A stretch of 63,878 bases of DNA, counting the filler, from Acetivibrio sp. (GTDB lineage Bacteria > Bacillota > Clostridia > Acetivibrionales > Acetivibrionaceae), in the NCBI RefSeq assembly GCF_035371925.1. It is 6 parts of 6 records of this genome, joined end to end, with 100 filler letters (N's around TTAATTAATTAA, not from the genome) between each part and the next. Parts side by side here need not be neighbours in the genome. Positions count along the whole stretch, not along the records: positions 23,026 to 34,201 come from NZ_DAORXT010000091.1; positions 34,302 to 45,303 come from NZ_DAORXT010000092.1; 4 more parts are not named here. The stretch is one strand, 5' to 3'. The position numbers and the translations under genes are program-made. Positions 29,561-38,984 of the stretch are shown piece after piece (position 1 is the first letter of the stretch; each line of letters starts with the position of its first letter). The notes below the pieces were generated by a model, which did not search any database, was not told where the DNA came from, and saw only the letters and a list, made by a program, of their open reading frames with translations.

Positions 29561-30664
29561 ATGGTAACAATTCCTTTCATGAAAACCAACCTTCTAAGTA
29601 TTGACATCGGTTTTAGGAATATAAAGATTGTTGAAGTGGAGTTAAGCAGGAATAATGAGATTTTTATTAAAAATTTCGGTATAGCTTCTACTCCAAAAGG
29701 GTCTATCAAGAATGGTGCGATTAAAGATGTCAAGAGTGTTACCAATGAGATAAGGAAGGTAATGGAAAACATTAATACCAAAGCCAAAAATGCAAAGATT
29801 GTTATGTCCGGTACCAATATTATCTCCCGTGTTTTTGTTGTTGAAAAGATTCCCGGAGAAGATATGAATCATCTTGTCAGAACAACCATTTCCCAAAGTA
29901 TGCCGATAGACCTGGATGCACATCAGATAGATTATAAAGTTTTGCAAGAATTTAGGGAGGATGGAATCGATAAAATAAAGGTTTTTGTTACCGCTGTCTT
30001 AAAAAGTATTATACAAAGCTATATTGACATCTTGATAGAACTGGGGCTTAAGCCCATATCGGTGGATATTCCCGCCAACAGTGCTGCAAAGTTTTTTAAC
30101 AGAGAGATTATTGCTTCCGATAGTGAGACATGGTTTAAAAAGCAAAGATCCAGCAAGCTTAGCCAGAATACTTTTGCGGTTATTGATTTTGGTTCGGAGA
30201 CTACAATAGTAAATGTATTAAGGAACAGGGTTTTGGAGTTCAACAAGGTTATTTTAAGAGGAAGCAGCAATATTGATGAGGCCATTGCAGCAAATACCGG
30301 TAAGAAAATCGAAGAGGCGGAAAGACTTAAAAAGATGCAGGGACTTGATTTTTCCGGAATAAATGCCGATGAAGAACAGGAGAAAATTTACAGGAGTATC
30401 AAATCTGTTATTGACGAGATTGTGCGGCAGATGTTTCAGTGTTTTGATTTTTATGAAAAAAGATGTTACGGTGAAAAAATAGGAAAAATTTATATGATAG
30501 GCGGAGGATCGCAGTTAAAAGGTCTCAAGGAATATCTCGAAGAAGTATTCCAGGTTCCCGTATATCCCGTGGGGCTCCTTAGCATAGAAGGAATACAGAT
30601 AAATAAAGGACTTGACGGGGAGAGATTGAACTATCTTATTAATTCTGTGGGAATAACTTTATAA
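29561..30664 (+). CDS. pilM: Type IV pilus assembly protein PilM (actin-like ATPase fold)
   Basis: SIDIG...IKIVE, VIDFGSETT, IYMIGGGSQL, DYKVL. Confidence 0.8.
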   Translation: MVTIPFMKTNLLSIDIGFRNIKIVEVELSRNNEIFIKNFGIASTPKGSIKNGAIKDVKSVTNEIRKVMENINTKAKNAKIVMSGTNIISRVFVVEKIPGEDMNHLVRTTISQSMPIDLDAHQIDYKVLQEFREDGIDKIKVFVTAVLKSIIQSYIDILIELGLKPISVDIPANSAAKFFNREIIASDSETWFKKQRSSKLSQNTFAVIDFGSETTIVNVLRNRVLEFNKVILRGSSNIDEAIAANTGKKIEEAERLKKMQGLDFSGINADEEQEKIYRSIKSVIDEIVRQMFQCFDFYEKRCYGEKIGKIYMIGGGSQLKGLKEYLEEVFQVPVYPVGLLSIEGIQINKGLDGERLNYLINSVGITL

Positions 30665-30698
30665 CAGTTTTCAAAAAATAAATTTTGAAATCCTTAAA

Positions 30699-30722
30699 GG
30701 CGGCATTTTAGATGCCGTTTTT
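30699..30722 (+). terminator. Intrinsic terminator after pilM
   Basis: CGGCAT/ATGCCG stem followed by a T-run. Confidence 0.6.
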
Positions 30723-30786
30723 TGATATTATTTCGTATGGTCCGAAAGTAAAAGATAATTTTTGATTTCGAAAGGAGATATGCAAA

Positions 30787-31290
30787 ATGCATGATATATC
30801 TAAGGAGTACAAGGAAAACTTTGCGGGCAAGCCCCCCAGATTGTCTCAGGTGGAAATGACCGAGCTGGTACTGCCCAACGACACCAACCTTTTGGGAAAT
30901 CTCCTGGGCGGAAGACTTATGCACTGGATTGATATAGCAGGTGCCATGGCGGCGTCAAGGCATTCAAACAAGATTGTAGCCACGGTGGCATTAGACAGCC
31001 TGGATTTCAGGCATCCCGCACGCATGGGGGAGCTGGTGATGCTCAAAGCCAAATTGACCTGGGTGGGTACAACCTCTATGGAGGTCAAAGTAAATGCATA
31101 TGCTGAAAATTTAAAGACCGGAAGTGTTATTCTTACCAATCAGGCATATATTACATTTGTCGCGTTAGACAGTGAAGGAAAACCGACCCCGGTTCCGCCG
31201 CTGATACTTGAAACGGAAGAAGAGAAGAGAGAATTTGAAGAGGCAGAGGAAAGAAGAGCGGAACGCCTCAAAAGAAGACAAAGGGGATAA
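30787..31290 (+). CDS. Hotdog-fold acyl-CoA thioesterase
   Basis: ELVLPNDTNLLGNLLGGRLMHWID, TSMEVKV, TFVALD. Confidence 0.9.
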   Translation: MHDISKEYKENFAGKPPRLSQVEMTELVLPNDTNLLGNLLGGRLMHWIDIAGAMAASRHSNKIVATVALDSLDFRHPARMGELVMLKAKLTWVGTTSMEVKVNAYAENLKTGSVILTNQAYITFVALDSEGKPTPVPPLILETEEEKREFEEAEERRAERLKRRQRG

Positions 31291-31376
31291 GTTTTGAATT
31301 GTTATAATATTGGTCATAAGTTTCTGAATTATAAAATAATAATAATCAGGACAATTTATTATAATTCAGGACTAAA

Positions 31377-32930
31377 ATGGCCAAAAAATCATTCATAGGC
31401 AGTGCTATCATTCTGATGATAGCCAGTTTTATAGTTAAAATAATTGGTTTTATTTATAGGATATATCTTTCAAACCTTATTGGTTCGGAAGGCATGGGGT
31501 TGTTTCAGCTTATTTCTCCTGTATATTCCCTCGTTATTCTTACCTTGACTTCAGGAGTGTCAATAGCGGTCTCAAAGATGGTGGCAGAGGAGATGGCAAA
31601 AGGTCACCGGGTCAACTTAAGGAGGATTACGGGCTGCGCCTTGGCTATTGTCTTATTGGCGGGTTTGGCGGTTTCTTTGCTGATACTTGTTTTTATAAAC
31701 CCTATAGTCAATGTTATACTGAAGGACTCCAGGACATATTACTCCATGCTTCTTTTAATACCGTGCATACCGGTGATTGCAGCTGCATCCGCATTAAAGG
31801 GCTACTTTTACGGAATACAGGATGTGGTGCCCACTGCGTGCTCGCAAGTGGTGGAACAGGTTGTGAAGACAGTTTTGGTTATGGCGATGGCGGGGTACTT
31901 TGTCAATGTCGGACTGGAATACGCCTGCGCTCTTGCCACTGTCGGAATGGCAGTGGGTGAAATTTCAAACCTTTTGGTTTTGGTGGTTGTATATAAATTC
32001 GGGAAAAAAGGAGCTTCCTTAAGTAGTTCGAAAAAAGGTTTTATGAGAAAACGAACTATAGTTAAGGAAATCGTAAAGATATCAATTCCCGTGTCTTTCA
32101 ACAGATTTATTACTTCCATCATGTCCACCGTTGAATTCATTTTAATTCCGAGAATGCTTGTTTTAGGCGGCATGACCTACCAGAGCAGTATACAGGAATA
32201 TGGAAAACTTACGGGAATGGCTATGCCGTTGATTTTCTTTCCGTCTCTTGTGACATCGGCCCTGGCAACAACTCTTGTCCCTGCAATTTCGGAAGCAATG
32301 TCCGTAAAAAGCTACAAAACCGTTAACTACAGGATGTCGAAGTCAATTCAGCTTACTTTTATACTGGGATTTGTATTTTCGGCTGTGTTCATGCTCTTTC
32401 CCGATACAATAGGTGACTTGATTTACAGGAAGGAAAACATCGGACATATATTATATCTTCTCTCATTTACCGGAATATTTATTTATCTTCAGCAGACTCT
32501 CCTGGGTATATTAAACGGCCTCGGAAAGCAGGGAATTCTTCTTAGAAATTCTATTGTAGGTTATGTAATAAGAATAGTTTTTGTTATTTATTGCATTCCT
32601 GCATATGGAATTGCGGGATATATTGCAGGTATGGTAGTAAGCTCCATATGTATATGTATACTGGACATTTCAACAGTAATTAAAACAACAGGAATGGCGC
32701 TGGACTTTAGGAATTGGATAATAAAGCCGGGTTTGGTGGGTATAATAATGCTTCTAATCGGTAAATACGTACAGAGCTTCTTTACAATATTTAATCTTGG
32801 TACGTCTTGGACAGTGACGCTTACCATTCTCGGAAATATTGCGGTTGGCTTTTTGCTGATGTTTGCCTTTGGTGCTTTGGATAAAGATGAGATGCTGGCG
32901 ATGATGGGCTTTAAAAGGGCGCACAGGTAA
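31377..32930 (+). CDS. spoVB: Stage V sporulation protein B (MOP flippase family)
   Basis: KIIGFIYRIYLSNLIGSEGMG, SQVVEQ, YGKLTGMAMPL..FPS, LVPAISEA. Confidence 0.88.
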   Translation: MAKKSFIGSAIILMIASFIVKIIGFIYRIYLSNLIGSEGMGLFQLISPVYSLVILTLTSGVSIAVSKMVAEEMAKGHRVNLRRITGCALAIVLLAGLAVSLLILVFINPIVNVILKDSRTYYSMLLLIPCIPVIAAASALKGYFYGIQDVVPTACSQVVEQVVKTVLVMAMAGYFVNVGLEYACALATVGMAVGEISNLLVLVVVYKFGKKGASLSSSKKGFMRKRTIVKEIVKISIPVSFNRFITSIMSTVEFILIPRMLVLGGMTYQSSIQEYGKLTGMAMPLIFFPSLVTSALATTLVPAISEAMSVKSYKTVNYRMSKSIQLTFILGFVFSAVFMLFPDTIGDLIYRKENIGHILYLLSFTGIFIYLQQTLLGILNGLGKQGILLRNSIVGYVIRIVFVIYCIPAYGIAGYIAGMVVSSICICILDISTVIKTTGMALDFRNWIIKPGLVGIIMLLIGKYVQSFFTIFNLGTSWTVTLTILGNIAVGFLLMFAFGALDKDEMLAMMGFKRAHR

Positions 32931-32945
32931 AAACAGAAAGATAAA

Positions 32946-34201
32946 TTACTGCTTGATATCCTCCTCTAAAGCTTTCGCTAATTCAGTCAGATCTCCGATA
33001 CTTTCTATCATGCTTCCAACCTGGCTTTGCTGAACATCTGCATTGGCAAGTACTTCTTGAACGGAAGCGGATGATTTTTCCGATATGGCCGCTACTGTCT
33101 TCATTTCTTCAGCAACTTTGTGAGCCGATTGCAGCAGCTGTTCATTTATAATGCTTAGCGACTCGGCTTGACTTAATACTTCTTCAGAATTTATATTGAT
33201 TTGATCAAATAACTGCTCAACCGCATTTACTGACTGTTTGCCAAAATCAACTATTTTAAGTCCATTTTGGACCAATTTGTTCACCTGGCGAATTTTTTCT
33301 TGTATAAGCTTGATGCTTATGTTAACTTGCTCCGAAGCATTATGGGAATCTATCGCCAGTTTTCGAATTTCAGAGGCGACAACAGAAAAGCCTTTACCGT
33401 TTTCTCCTGCCCTTGCTGCTTCTATCGAGGCATTTAAAGAAAGTAAATTGGTCTGGTCGGCAATTTCTTTTATCATAGAAGCAATATTGTCGATTTTAAC
33501 GCTTTCTTCATTTACTTTGCCAATAGCTTCGGATGTAGTGCCAACAAATTGGTCTATCTCCTGCATTTGTTCGGACATTATTTTCATTTTTTCTTGCCCT
33601 TCTCTGGTTACTTCTGTTGTATCTTTGGATTTTTGGCTCATATTGGATGATGCATCTGCTGTTTGTTGGGCAGTGGATGCCACATCCTCCATTGCCTGCA
33701 AAACTTCGTTGAAGCTGGCAGCTTGGGTTTCAATCCCAACGGATATTTCTTTAAAAGCTGATACCAGCTCTTTTGATATGGTACCTGTGGATGTTGCATT
33801 TTCCTGAAGGCTCACAGTTGATCTTTTAAGTATTTCTGCCGTATGAGAAACCTCTTTTAACAGTTCATCCGCTTTTTTCTTTGAATTTTCTGCCTCAATG
33901 GCACTTTGCCTGATTTTTGCCAGCATTTGAGTACCAATACGGCTTTGGGCGATTAAAGCGAACATGCATAATATGAAATAGGCATTGGGAGAAAAGCGGT
34001 CGACGCTGGCATATGCCGGTTTTGTAAAAAGTGCATAATTTAGAATAACCACACCGATGATTCCGTTGAGCAGTAAGGGACGATAGTTGTGATATATGGA
34101 TATAACTGCTAAAGACAAATACAAAATAAGGGAATTAGGAAAGTTGGTTGTGGTTTTTATCATAAAAAAGCAGATAAAGTTAAAAGCCAATGCTATAATA
34201 T
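32946..34201 (-). CDS. Methyl-accepting chemotaxis protein, 5' end cut by the contig boundary
   Basis: [37 protein letters not shown] signalling hairpin; TM N-terminal part runs into the gap. Confidence 0.92.
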
Positions 34202-34301
34202 NNNNNNNNNNNNNNNNNNNNNNNNNNNNNNNNNNNNNNNNNNNNTTAATTAATTAANNNNNNNNNNNNNNNNNNNNNNNNNNNNNNNNNNNNNNNNNNN
34301 N
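34202..34301. other. Artificial contig linker
   Basis: 44 N + TTAATTAATTAA + 44 N. Confidence 0.98.
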
Positions 34302-34313
34302 CAACCGGCCAGT

Positions 34314-34334
34314 CAACTGCAAGGCAATTCTATC
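34314..34334 (+). repeat. 21-bp direct repeat, left copy
   Basis: CAACTGCAAGGCAATTCTATC, identical to 45283-45303. Confidence 0.9.
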
Positions 34335-34362
34335 ACGACAACCGTGGTAAAGGCTACATTTT

Positions 34363-34650
34363 TTAATTTGATTCTCCCGAATCAAGGGATTTTTGTAAAT
34401 ATGCACTCAAAAGTGATCTAAACATTTTGCCATGATTTGGATATTTTAAATGAAGTAGTTCATGCAGAATAACTCTAAACCTAACCTCTTTAGGTTCATC
34501 GAGAAGTTTCTTATCGAATGTCAACCTGCCACGACTCGAACAGCTTCCCCATTTGCGTTTCATCGGCTGGATGTAGATCTGTTTCGGTTTTACTCCCACT
34601 TTACTTGCCAGCATCAGAACTTCTTCTTTAAATGTTTCCGAAGTCATCAT
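34363..34650 (-). CDS. Minimal M48/YgjP-like (DUF45) zinc metallopeptidase-fold protein
   Basis: MKRKWGSCSSRG, VILHELLHLKYPNHG (HExxH); ATGA overlap with the hsdR stop. Confidence 0.85.
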   Translation of the reverse strand: MMTSETFKEEVLMLASKVGVKPKQIYIQPMKRKWGSCSSRGRLTFDKKLLDEPKEVRFRVILHELLHLKYPNHGKMFRSLLSAYLQKSLDSGESN

Positions 34651-37598
34651 TCTGCCTGTCCTTTTTTTAATATATTTATAATATTCTGCACAATGCCTGA
34701 GACCCTTTTAGTATCCTGTATCCCTGCCTGTGTTAATGCTTTATAGAGACTCTGTCTAATTTCTCGCTCAAAACGTTCGCTCTTGTGCCAATGCGGATAT
34801 GTTGTAAATACTTCCTGTAAACCATTTGCCAGTGTTTCGGCATTGGAAATGCCCTGTTCCTTGAGCATCCAGTAAACGGTGAAAATCTCGGACGACATGG
34901 CTTTTTCTGCCTGCTCTTTTTGCGCAGTATTAATTTCTTTGATTATTTCCTTTAGTTTCTCAAGGGTCTCTTTTGTGCTCTGCTGCCTCTCCTCAAAGAG
35001 TTTGACAAGATGCTCAGCCTTTTCAGCAATCGAAACAAGGTAGGGAGATTTATTACTTAGCTGCTCTGCCGTTTTTTCTATACTTTTAATCAGATTGAAT
35101 ACCTTTTCCGTATCGGATGCCTTGCTTTCCTCGATACGCTTAAGCGTTTTCTCATTTATTTCGCAAATATCCAGCGTAGCCTCAATGGCACTGCCAGTAG
35201 TATGTCGCTGGACAAGCATCGCGGTTTTTCTGGTAAAATCCCTGTCGATAGAAATGCCCCTGTCGTAATTTTCCCTCACAATCCTATACATCCGTAAGAG
35301 GGTTTCGTAGTCGTCAAGATAGGGGCGAAGAAAATCGTCGGGCGAGATGATTTCGTAAAGTTGGGATAATTGTTTGAAGTACCGATAAAATTCCTGCCGC
35401 TTATTTTCATCCCTGAAGTGTTCCAGTACTGCCTCTACCGCTTTATCCTGATGCTTGCCTGCTATAAGAGGAAGATACTGCTTCTCTGCAATCTGCATTT
35501 CATTCTTAAATTGTTCCTTTAAAACCGCCATATCGTGAACTACCCCTTCAATATCCTGCGAATCGAAGGCAAGGGCTTTTTCGAGATTGTCGAAGATAGC
35601 AACAAAGTCGAGCACAAAGCCGGAGGATTTCTTTCTTCCTTCATCATCTTCATAAGGGCGATTAACGCGGGCAATGGCCTGCAACAGTACGTGGTCTCTC
35701 ATTGGTTTATCGAGATACATACAATAGAGAATCGGCGCATCAAAACCAGTAAGAAGTTTTTCGGTTACAATCAGTATTTTGGGCAGTTCGTTCGATTTGC
35801 GAAAGGCTTTTCGTATTTGTTTTTCTTCGGTTTCTGAAAGCTGATATTTTATTAGCTCTTCTGGATCTTTAAAAGATGAACTGTACACAACCTTCGAATA
35901 TTCAGGCGGAAGATGCCTGTCAAGCTCTTTCTTGTATAAGGTGCAAGCTTCTCTGTCCACTCCTACCACAAAAGCTTTGTAGCCCATGGGTTCGATGAAT
36001 TTTTTGTAATGGTCGGCAATATAGAAGGCAACCCTTTCCACCCGTTCTTTATTTTTGAGCATGTTTCGTAAAGTTACCGCCTTTTCCAGCACTTTATTGA
36101 GCGCTTCGATATCGGTTATGCCTTCGGTTTCGGCAAGATTGAAAAATTCCTTCTCAAGTATTTCTTTCTCAACTCGTAATTCATTTGGAGCAAGAGTATA
36201 ATAGAGCGGGACGGTTGTGCCATCCTCAATGGATTCCGCAATGCTGTATTTGTCGAGATAGCCCTGTGGTGGATCATCCTTGCCGAATGTAACAAAGGTA
36301 CCTTTGCCATACCGTGTTTTGTCAATAGGCGTACCAGTAAAGCCAATATAGGTAGCATTGGGCAGCGCACCCATCAAATAGTTGCCAAGTTTGCCACCGG
36401 TGGTTCGGTGTGCTTCGTCCACCAGAACAAAAATATTCTTGCGTGTATTGATATTCGCCTGCATTCCATCAAACTTGTGAATCATCGTAACAATGAGTCC
36501 TCGCCTATCGTGTGAAAGCAGTTTCCGCAAGTCTTCTTTACTCTCTGTTACTTCGACATTTCCAATTCCTACAGCGATGATATTTGCAAATAGTTGGCTC
36601 TCGAGTTCGTTCCTATCCACCAGCATAATAACCGTTGGATTTTCGAAGAGTGGATTCTCGATAATCTTCTGTGCCGCAACAATCATGCTATAGGTTTTGC
36701 CCGAGCCCTGAGTGTGCCATACAAGTCCCCTATGCTTTTCTGGATCCTTTGCACGTTCAACAATTTTATCAACAGCTCTCATCTGATGTGGCCGCAGCAC
36801 CACCTTTTTTAGCTCGTCATCCTGACGGGTAAACAGCAGGTAATCCATAATAAGCTTTATAATTCTTTTTCTGTCAAAAAATGACTTAACTAGCTGCTCA
36901 AAATTACCTCCTGCTTCCTCCTTCCAGTTGAAGAGCAGCTTTTCGGAGGTGTTCCATGTACCACTGTAGTAATATTTTGAGATGTGGGTTATGGCATACG
37001 CCTGCAGAACGGCAAGGAGCTCCGGACAATCGCGATGATAGCGCTTTATCTGTTCCAGTGCTTCGCTCATTCCTTCTACTTTTGATGCTGCTTTAGTTTC
37101 GATGAATAACAGGGGAATGCCGTTGATGAGAAAAACAATGTCCTGTCTGATAGTTTTGATACCATTTGTAAACATGAACTCTTCCGTTACGTGAAAGGTG
37201 TTGCGATCAACATCTTCGGTATCGAGTAATTTGATGTTGCGTTCCCGCTTTTCGGACGGGACAAACACGGTTTTCAAACCCTTGAGATATTCCCATGCAG
37301 TAAAGTTCCCTTCGATATTTGCCGGTATGGATTCGATCTTTTTGATAATCTCCTCCGCCATCAGATGATCTGCAAATTCCGGATTGAGTTTTTGCAGCTG
37401 GTTTATGAAAAGCTCTCTGAACACCATACCTGTTTCTCCACCTCGCAAACGCAGCGCTTCATCGGGACCGATGTATTCCCAGCCGAGCTTTAGAAACACC
37501 CTCGTGCCATTTAGCGCAATATACTCTGCCGATGGTTCCAGCACATAATCAATGATGGGCTTTTGAACCGAATGTTTCTCGTCACCAAGTTTGCTCAT
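34647..37598 (-). CDS. hsdR: Type I restriction endonuclease subunit R
   Basis: RQDIVFLINGIPLLFIETK nuclease motif, HTQGSGKT, DEAH, GFTGTP, LLTGFDAP, QAIARVNR. Confidence 0.96.
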   Translation of the reverse strand: MSKLGDEKHSVQKPIIDYVLEPSAEYIALNGTRVFLKLGWEYIGPDEALRLRGGETGMVFRELFINQLQKLNPEFADHLMAEEIIKKIESIPANIEGNFTAWEYLKGLKTVFVPSEKRERNIKLLDTEDVDRNTFHVTEEFMFTNGIKTIRQDIVFLINGIPLLFIETKAASKVEGMSEALEQIKRYHRDCPELLAVLQAYAITHISKYYYSGTWNTSEKLLFNWKEEAGGNFEQLVKSFFDRKRIIKLIMDYLLFTRQDDELKKVVLRPHQMRAVDKIVERAKDPEKHRGLVWHTQGSGKTYSMIVAAQKIIENPLFENPTVIMLVDRNELESQLFANIIAVGIGNVEVTESKEDLRKLLSHDRRGLIVTMIHKFDGMQANINTRKNIFVLVDEAHRTTGGKLGNYLMGALPNATYIGFTGTPIDKTRYGKGTFVTFGKDDPPQGYLDKYSIAESIEDGTTVPLYYTLAPNELRVEKEILEKEFFNLAETEGITDIEALNKVLEKAVTLRNMLKNKERVERVAFYIADHYKKFIEPMGYKAFVVGVDREACTLYKKELDRHLPPEYSKVVYSSSFKDPEELIKYQLSETEEKQIRKAFRKSNELPKILIVTEKLLTGFDAPILYCMYLDKPMRDHVLLQAIARVNRPYEDDEGRKKSSGFVLDFVAIFDNLEKALAFDSQDIEGVVHDMAVLKEQFKNEMQIAEKQYLPLIAGKHQDKAVEAVLEHFRDENKRQEFYRYFKQLSQLYEIISPDDFLRPYLDDYETLLRMYRIVRENYDRGISIDRDFTRKTAMLVQRHTTGSAIEATLDICEINEKTLKRIEESKASDTEKVFNLIKSIEKTAEQLSNKSPYLVSIAEKAEHLVKLFEERQQSTKETLEKLKEIIKEINTAQKEQAEKAMSSEIFTVYWMLKEQGISNAETLANGLQEVFTTYPHWHKSERFEREIRQSLYKALTQAGIQDTKRVSGIVQNIINILKKGQAE

Positions 37599-38887
37599 GA
37601 GGTTATCCCCAATTTATTGACTCTGATTTTTGCGGTCATAAGGTTATGTAGAAGGCTTTTGAACAATTCCTCCAGCGCCTTCTTTTTATTTTCCTCAGCT
37701 TCGATTTTAGCATCGATGGCCGAAAGAATCGATGCAATTTTTTGCTGGATAGGAAGAGGAGGGAGGGGAACCATATACATTGAAATTTTGGGCACAGTCA
37801 ATTGAGGTATACTTGAACCTTCAAGATTAATTTTAATTTTTGAATTTATATATTCTGAAATAAACTTAATATTTAAAGTATTTTTGGGAGTTAAGACTAA
37901 AAGTCTAATAATAGCATTAAATTTTTCATATCTTGGTATCGCATATCCTAAATTTCCTCTAGCCGTTATTGTAATTGAATTTCCTTGAGCATTGTATGTA
38001 TCAGAAAATCCATAAAGTCCATTATTTTCTTTAGAATTTGAATATATAGGATAAATATATTTGTCTATTTTTATTGGCGAATAATTTATTTTTGATACAT
38101 CACCACCAGCAAATATCGAAAATATTTCTCCCAGTCTCACCACTTCCCAATCCTCTGGCACGGGTCCGATTTCAGTTTCCTTGAGTTGTATGTTTTCAAC
38201 CTCTTTTGGTGAAACGGGTCCGTAGGTAAAGAGGTGCTTCATCATCGATTTTTTGAGGGCTTTTGTAGCGGCTATCACCGCCTCAGTCTTCTCCTTTGCC
38301 TCCTGCACCGCAGAGAGAACAGCTGCTATCTTTTGCTGCTCGGGAAGGGGGGGAAGAGGGATTATAAATTCTTTGAGTCGAGAGCCTGATAGATTAGGAA
38401 TTGTGGTCCTGTTGGCTGAATGAATATACATTTTCCTTTGATTGATTGCATAATTCATCCAGAAAACAAAGTACTCTGCGTCTAAATTATCTTTTTTGGG
38501 TCTCAACCTATGAAGATGATTTTGATAAGCGCATTCAACTAATTCTCCTCTATAAAGCGCGGTTCGTCCTACATCGCCGCCTTCACAAACTAAAATATCA
38601 CCACTTTCAAGTTTTAGTTTTCTAAATTCTTCGGACGTAAAATACATTTCATCGATGCTGGAAATATCAATATGACCCCAATTTAGATTAGAAGTTCTTA
38701 AAAATGACTTTTTAACTTTTCCTTCTTTTGATTCTTTTTCTGATAGTTGCTTACCCTGTTGAACATTAAATATTTCTCCCAGTCTCACCACTTCCCACTC
38801 CTCCGGCAGTGCTCCGAGTTCAGTCATTTTGTAGCCTTGTGGGATTATATCGTTGTTGGGTGGTTTCATAATGATGGTATCCTTCAT
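37595..38887 (-). CDS. hsdS: Type I R-M specificity subunit S
   Basis: Two P..WEVVRLGEIF...PLPPL..QQKIA..LSA conserved blocks flanking two TRDs; ends KSLLHNLMT. Confidence 0.95.
   Translation of the reverse strand: MKDTIIMKPPNNDIIPQGYKMTELGALPEEWEVVRLGEIFNVQQGKQLSEKESKEGKVKKSFLRTSNLNWGHIDISSIDEMYFTSEEFRKLKLESGDILVCEGGDVGRTALYRGELVECAYQNHLHRLRPKKDNLDAEYFVFWMNYAINQRKMYIHSANRTTIPNLSGSRLKEFIIPLPPLPEQQKIAAVLSAVQEAKEKTEAVIAATKALKKSMMKHLFTYGPVSPKEVENIQLKETEIGPVPEDWEVVRLGEIFSIFAGGDVSKINYSPIKIDKYIYPIYSNSKENNGLYGFSDTYNAQGNSITITARGNLGYAIPRYEKFNAIIRLLVLTPKNTLNIKFISEYINSKIKINLEGSSIPQLTVPKISMYMVPLPPLPIQQKIASILSAIDAKIEAEENKKKALEELFKSLLHNLMTAKIRVNKLGITS
38120..38149. repeat. 30-bp perfect direct repeat in hsdS (copy 1; copy 2 at 38768-38797)
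   Basis: AAATATTTCTCCCAGTCTCACCACTTCCCA, encoding WEVVRLGEIF on the minus strand. Confidence 0.9.
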
Positions 38888-38984
38888 ATTTGTTTTTTAC
38901 CTTTCTAATTCTTTATATTCCCGCGGATTTTCCTTTTTCTTTGCAAGGATTATTTCATACAGTTCATCCAGTTCATCAATTTGC

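Noticed and set aside
38120..38797. hsdS shufflon (inversion phase variation)
   Set aside because: Repeats are direct, not inverted; no silent hsdS copies or recombinase in the contig.
38895..38982. Short open frame QIDELDELYEIILAKKKENPREYKELER between the RloC-like gene and hsdS, possibly another gene remnant
   Set aside because: No start codon or recognisable motif; too short to support.
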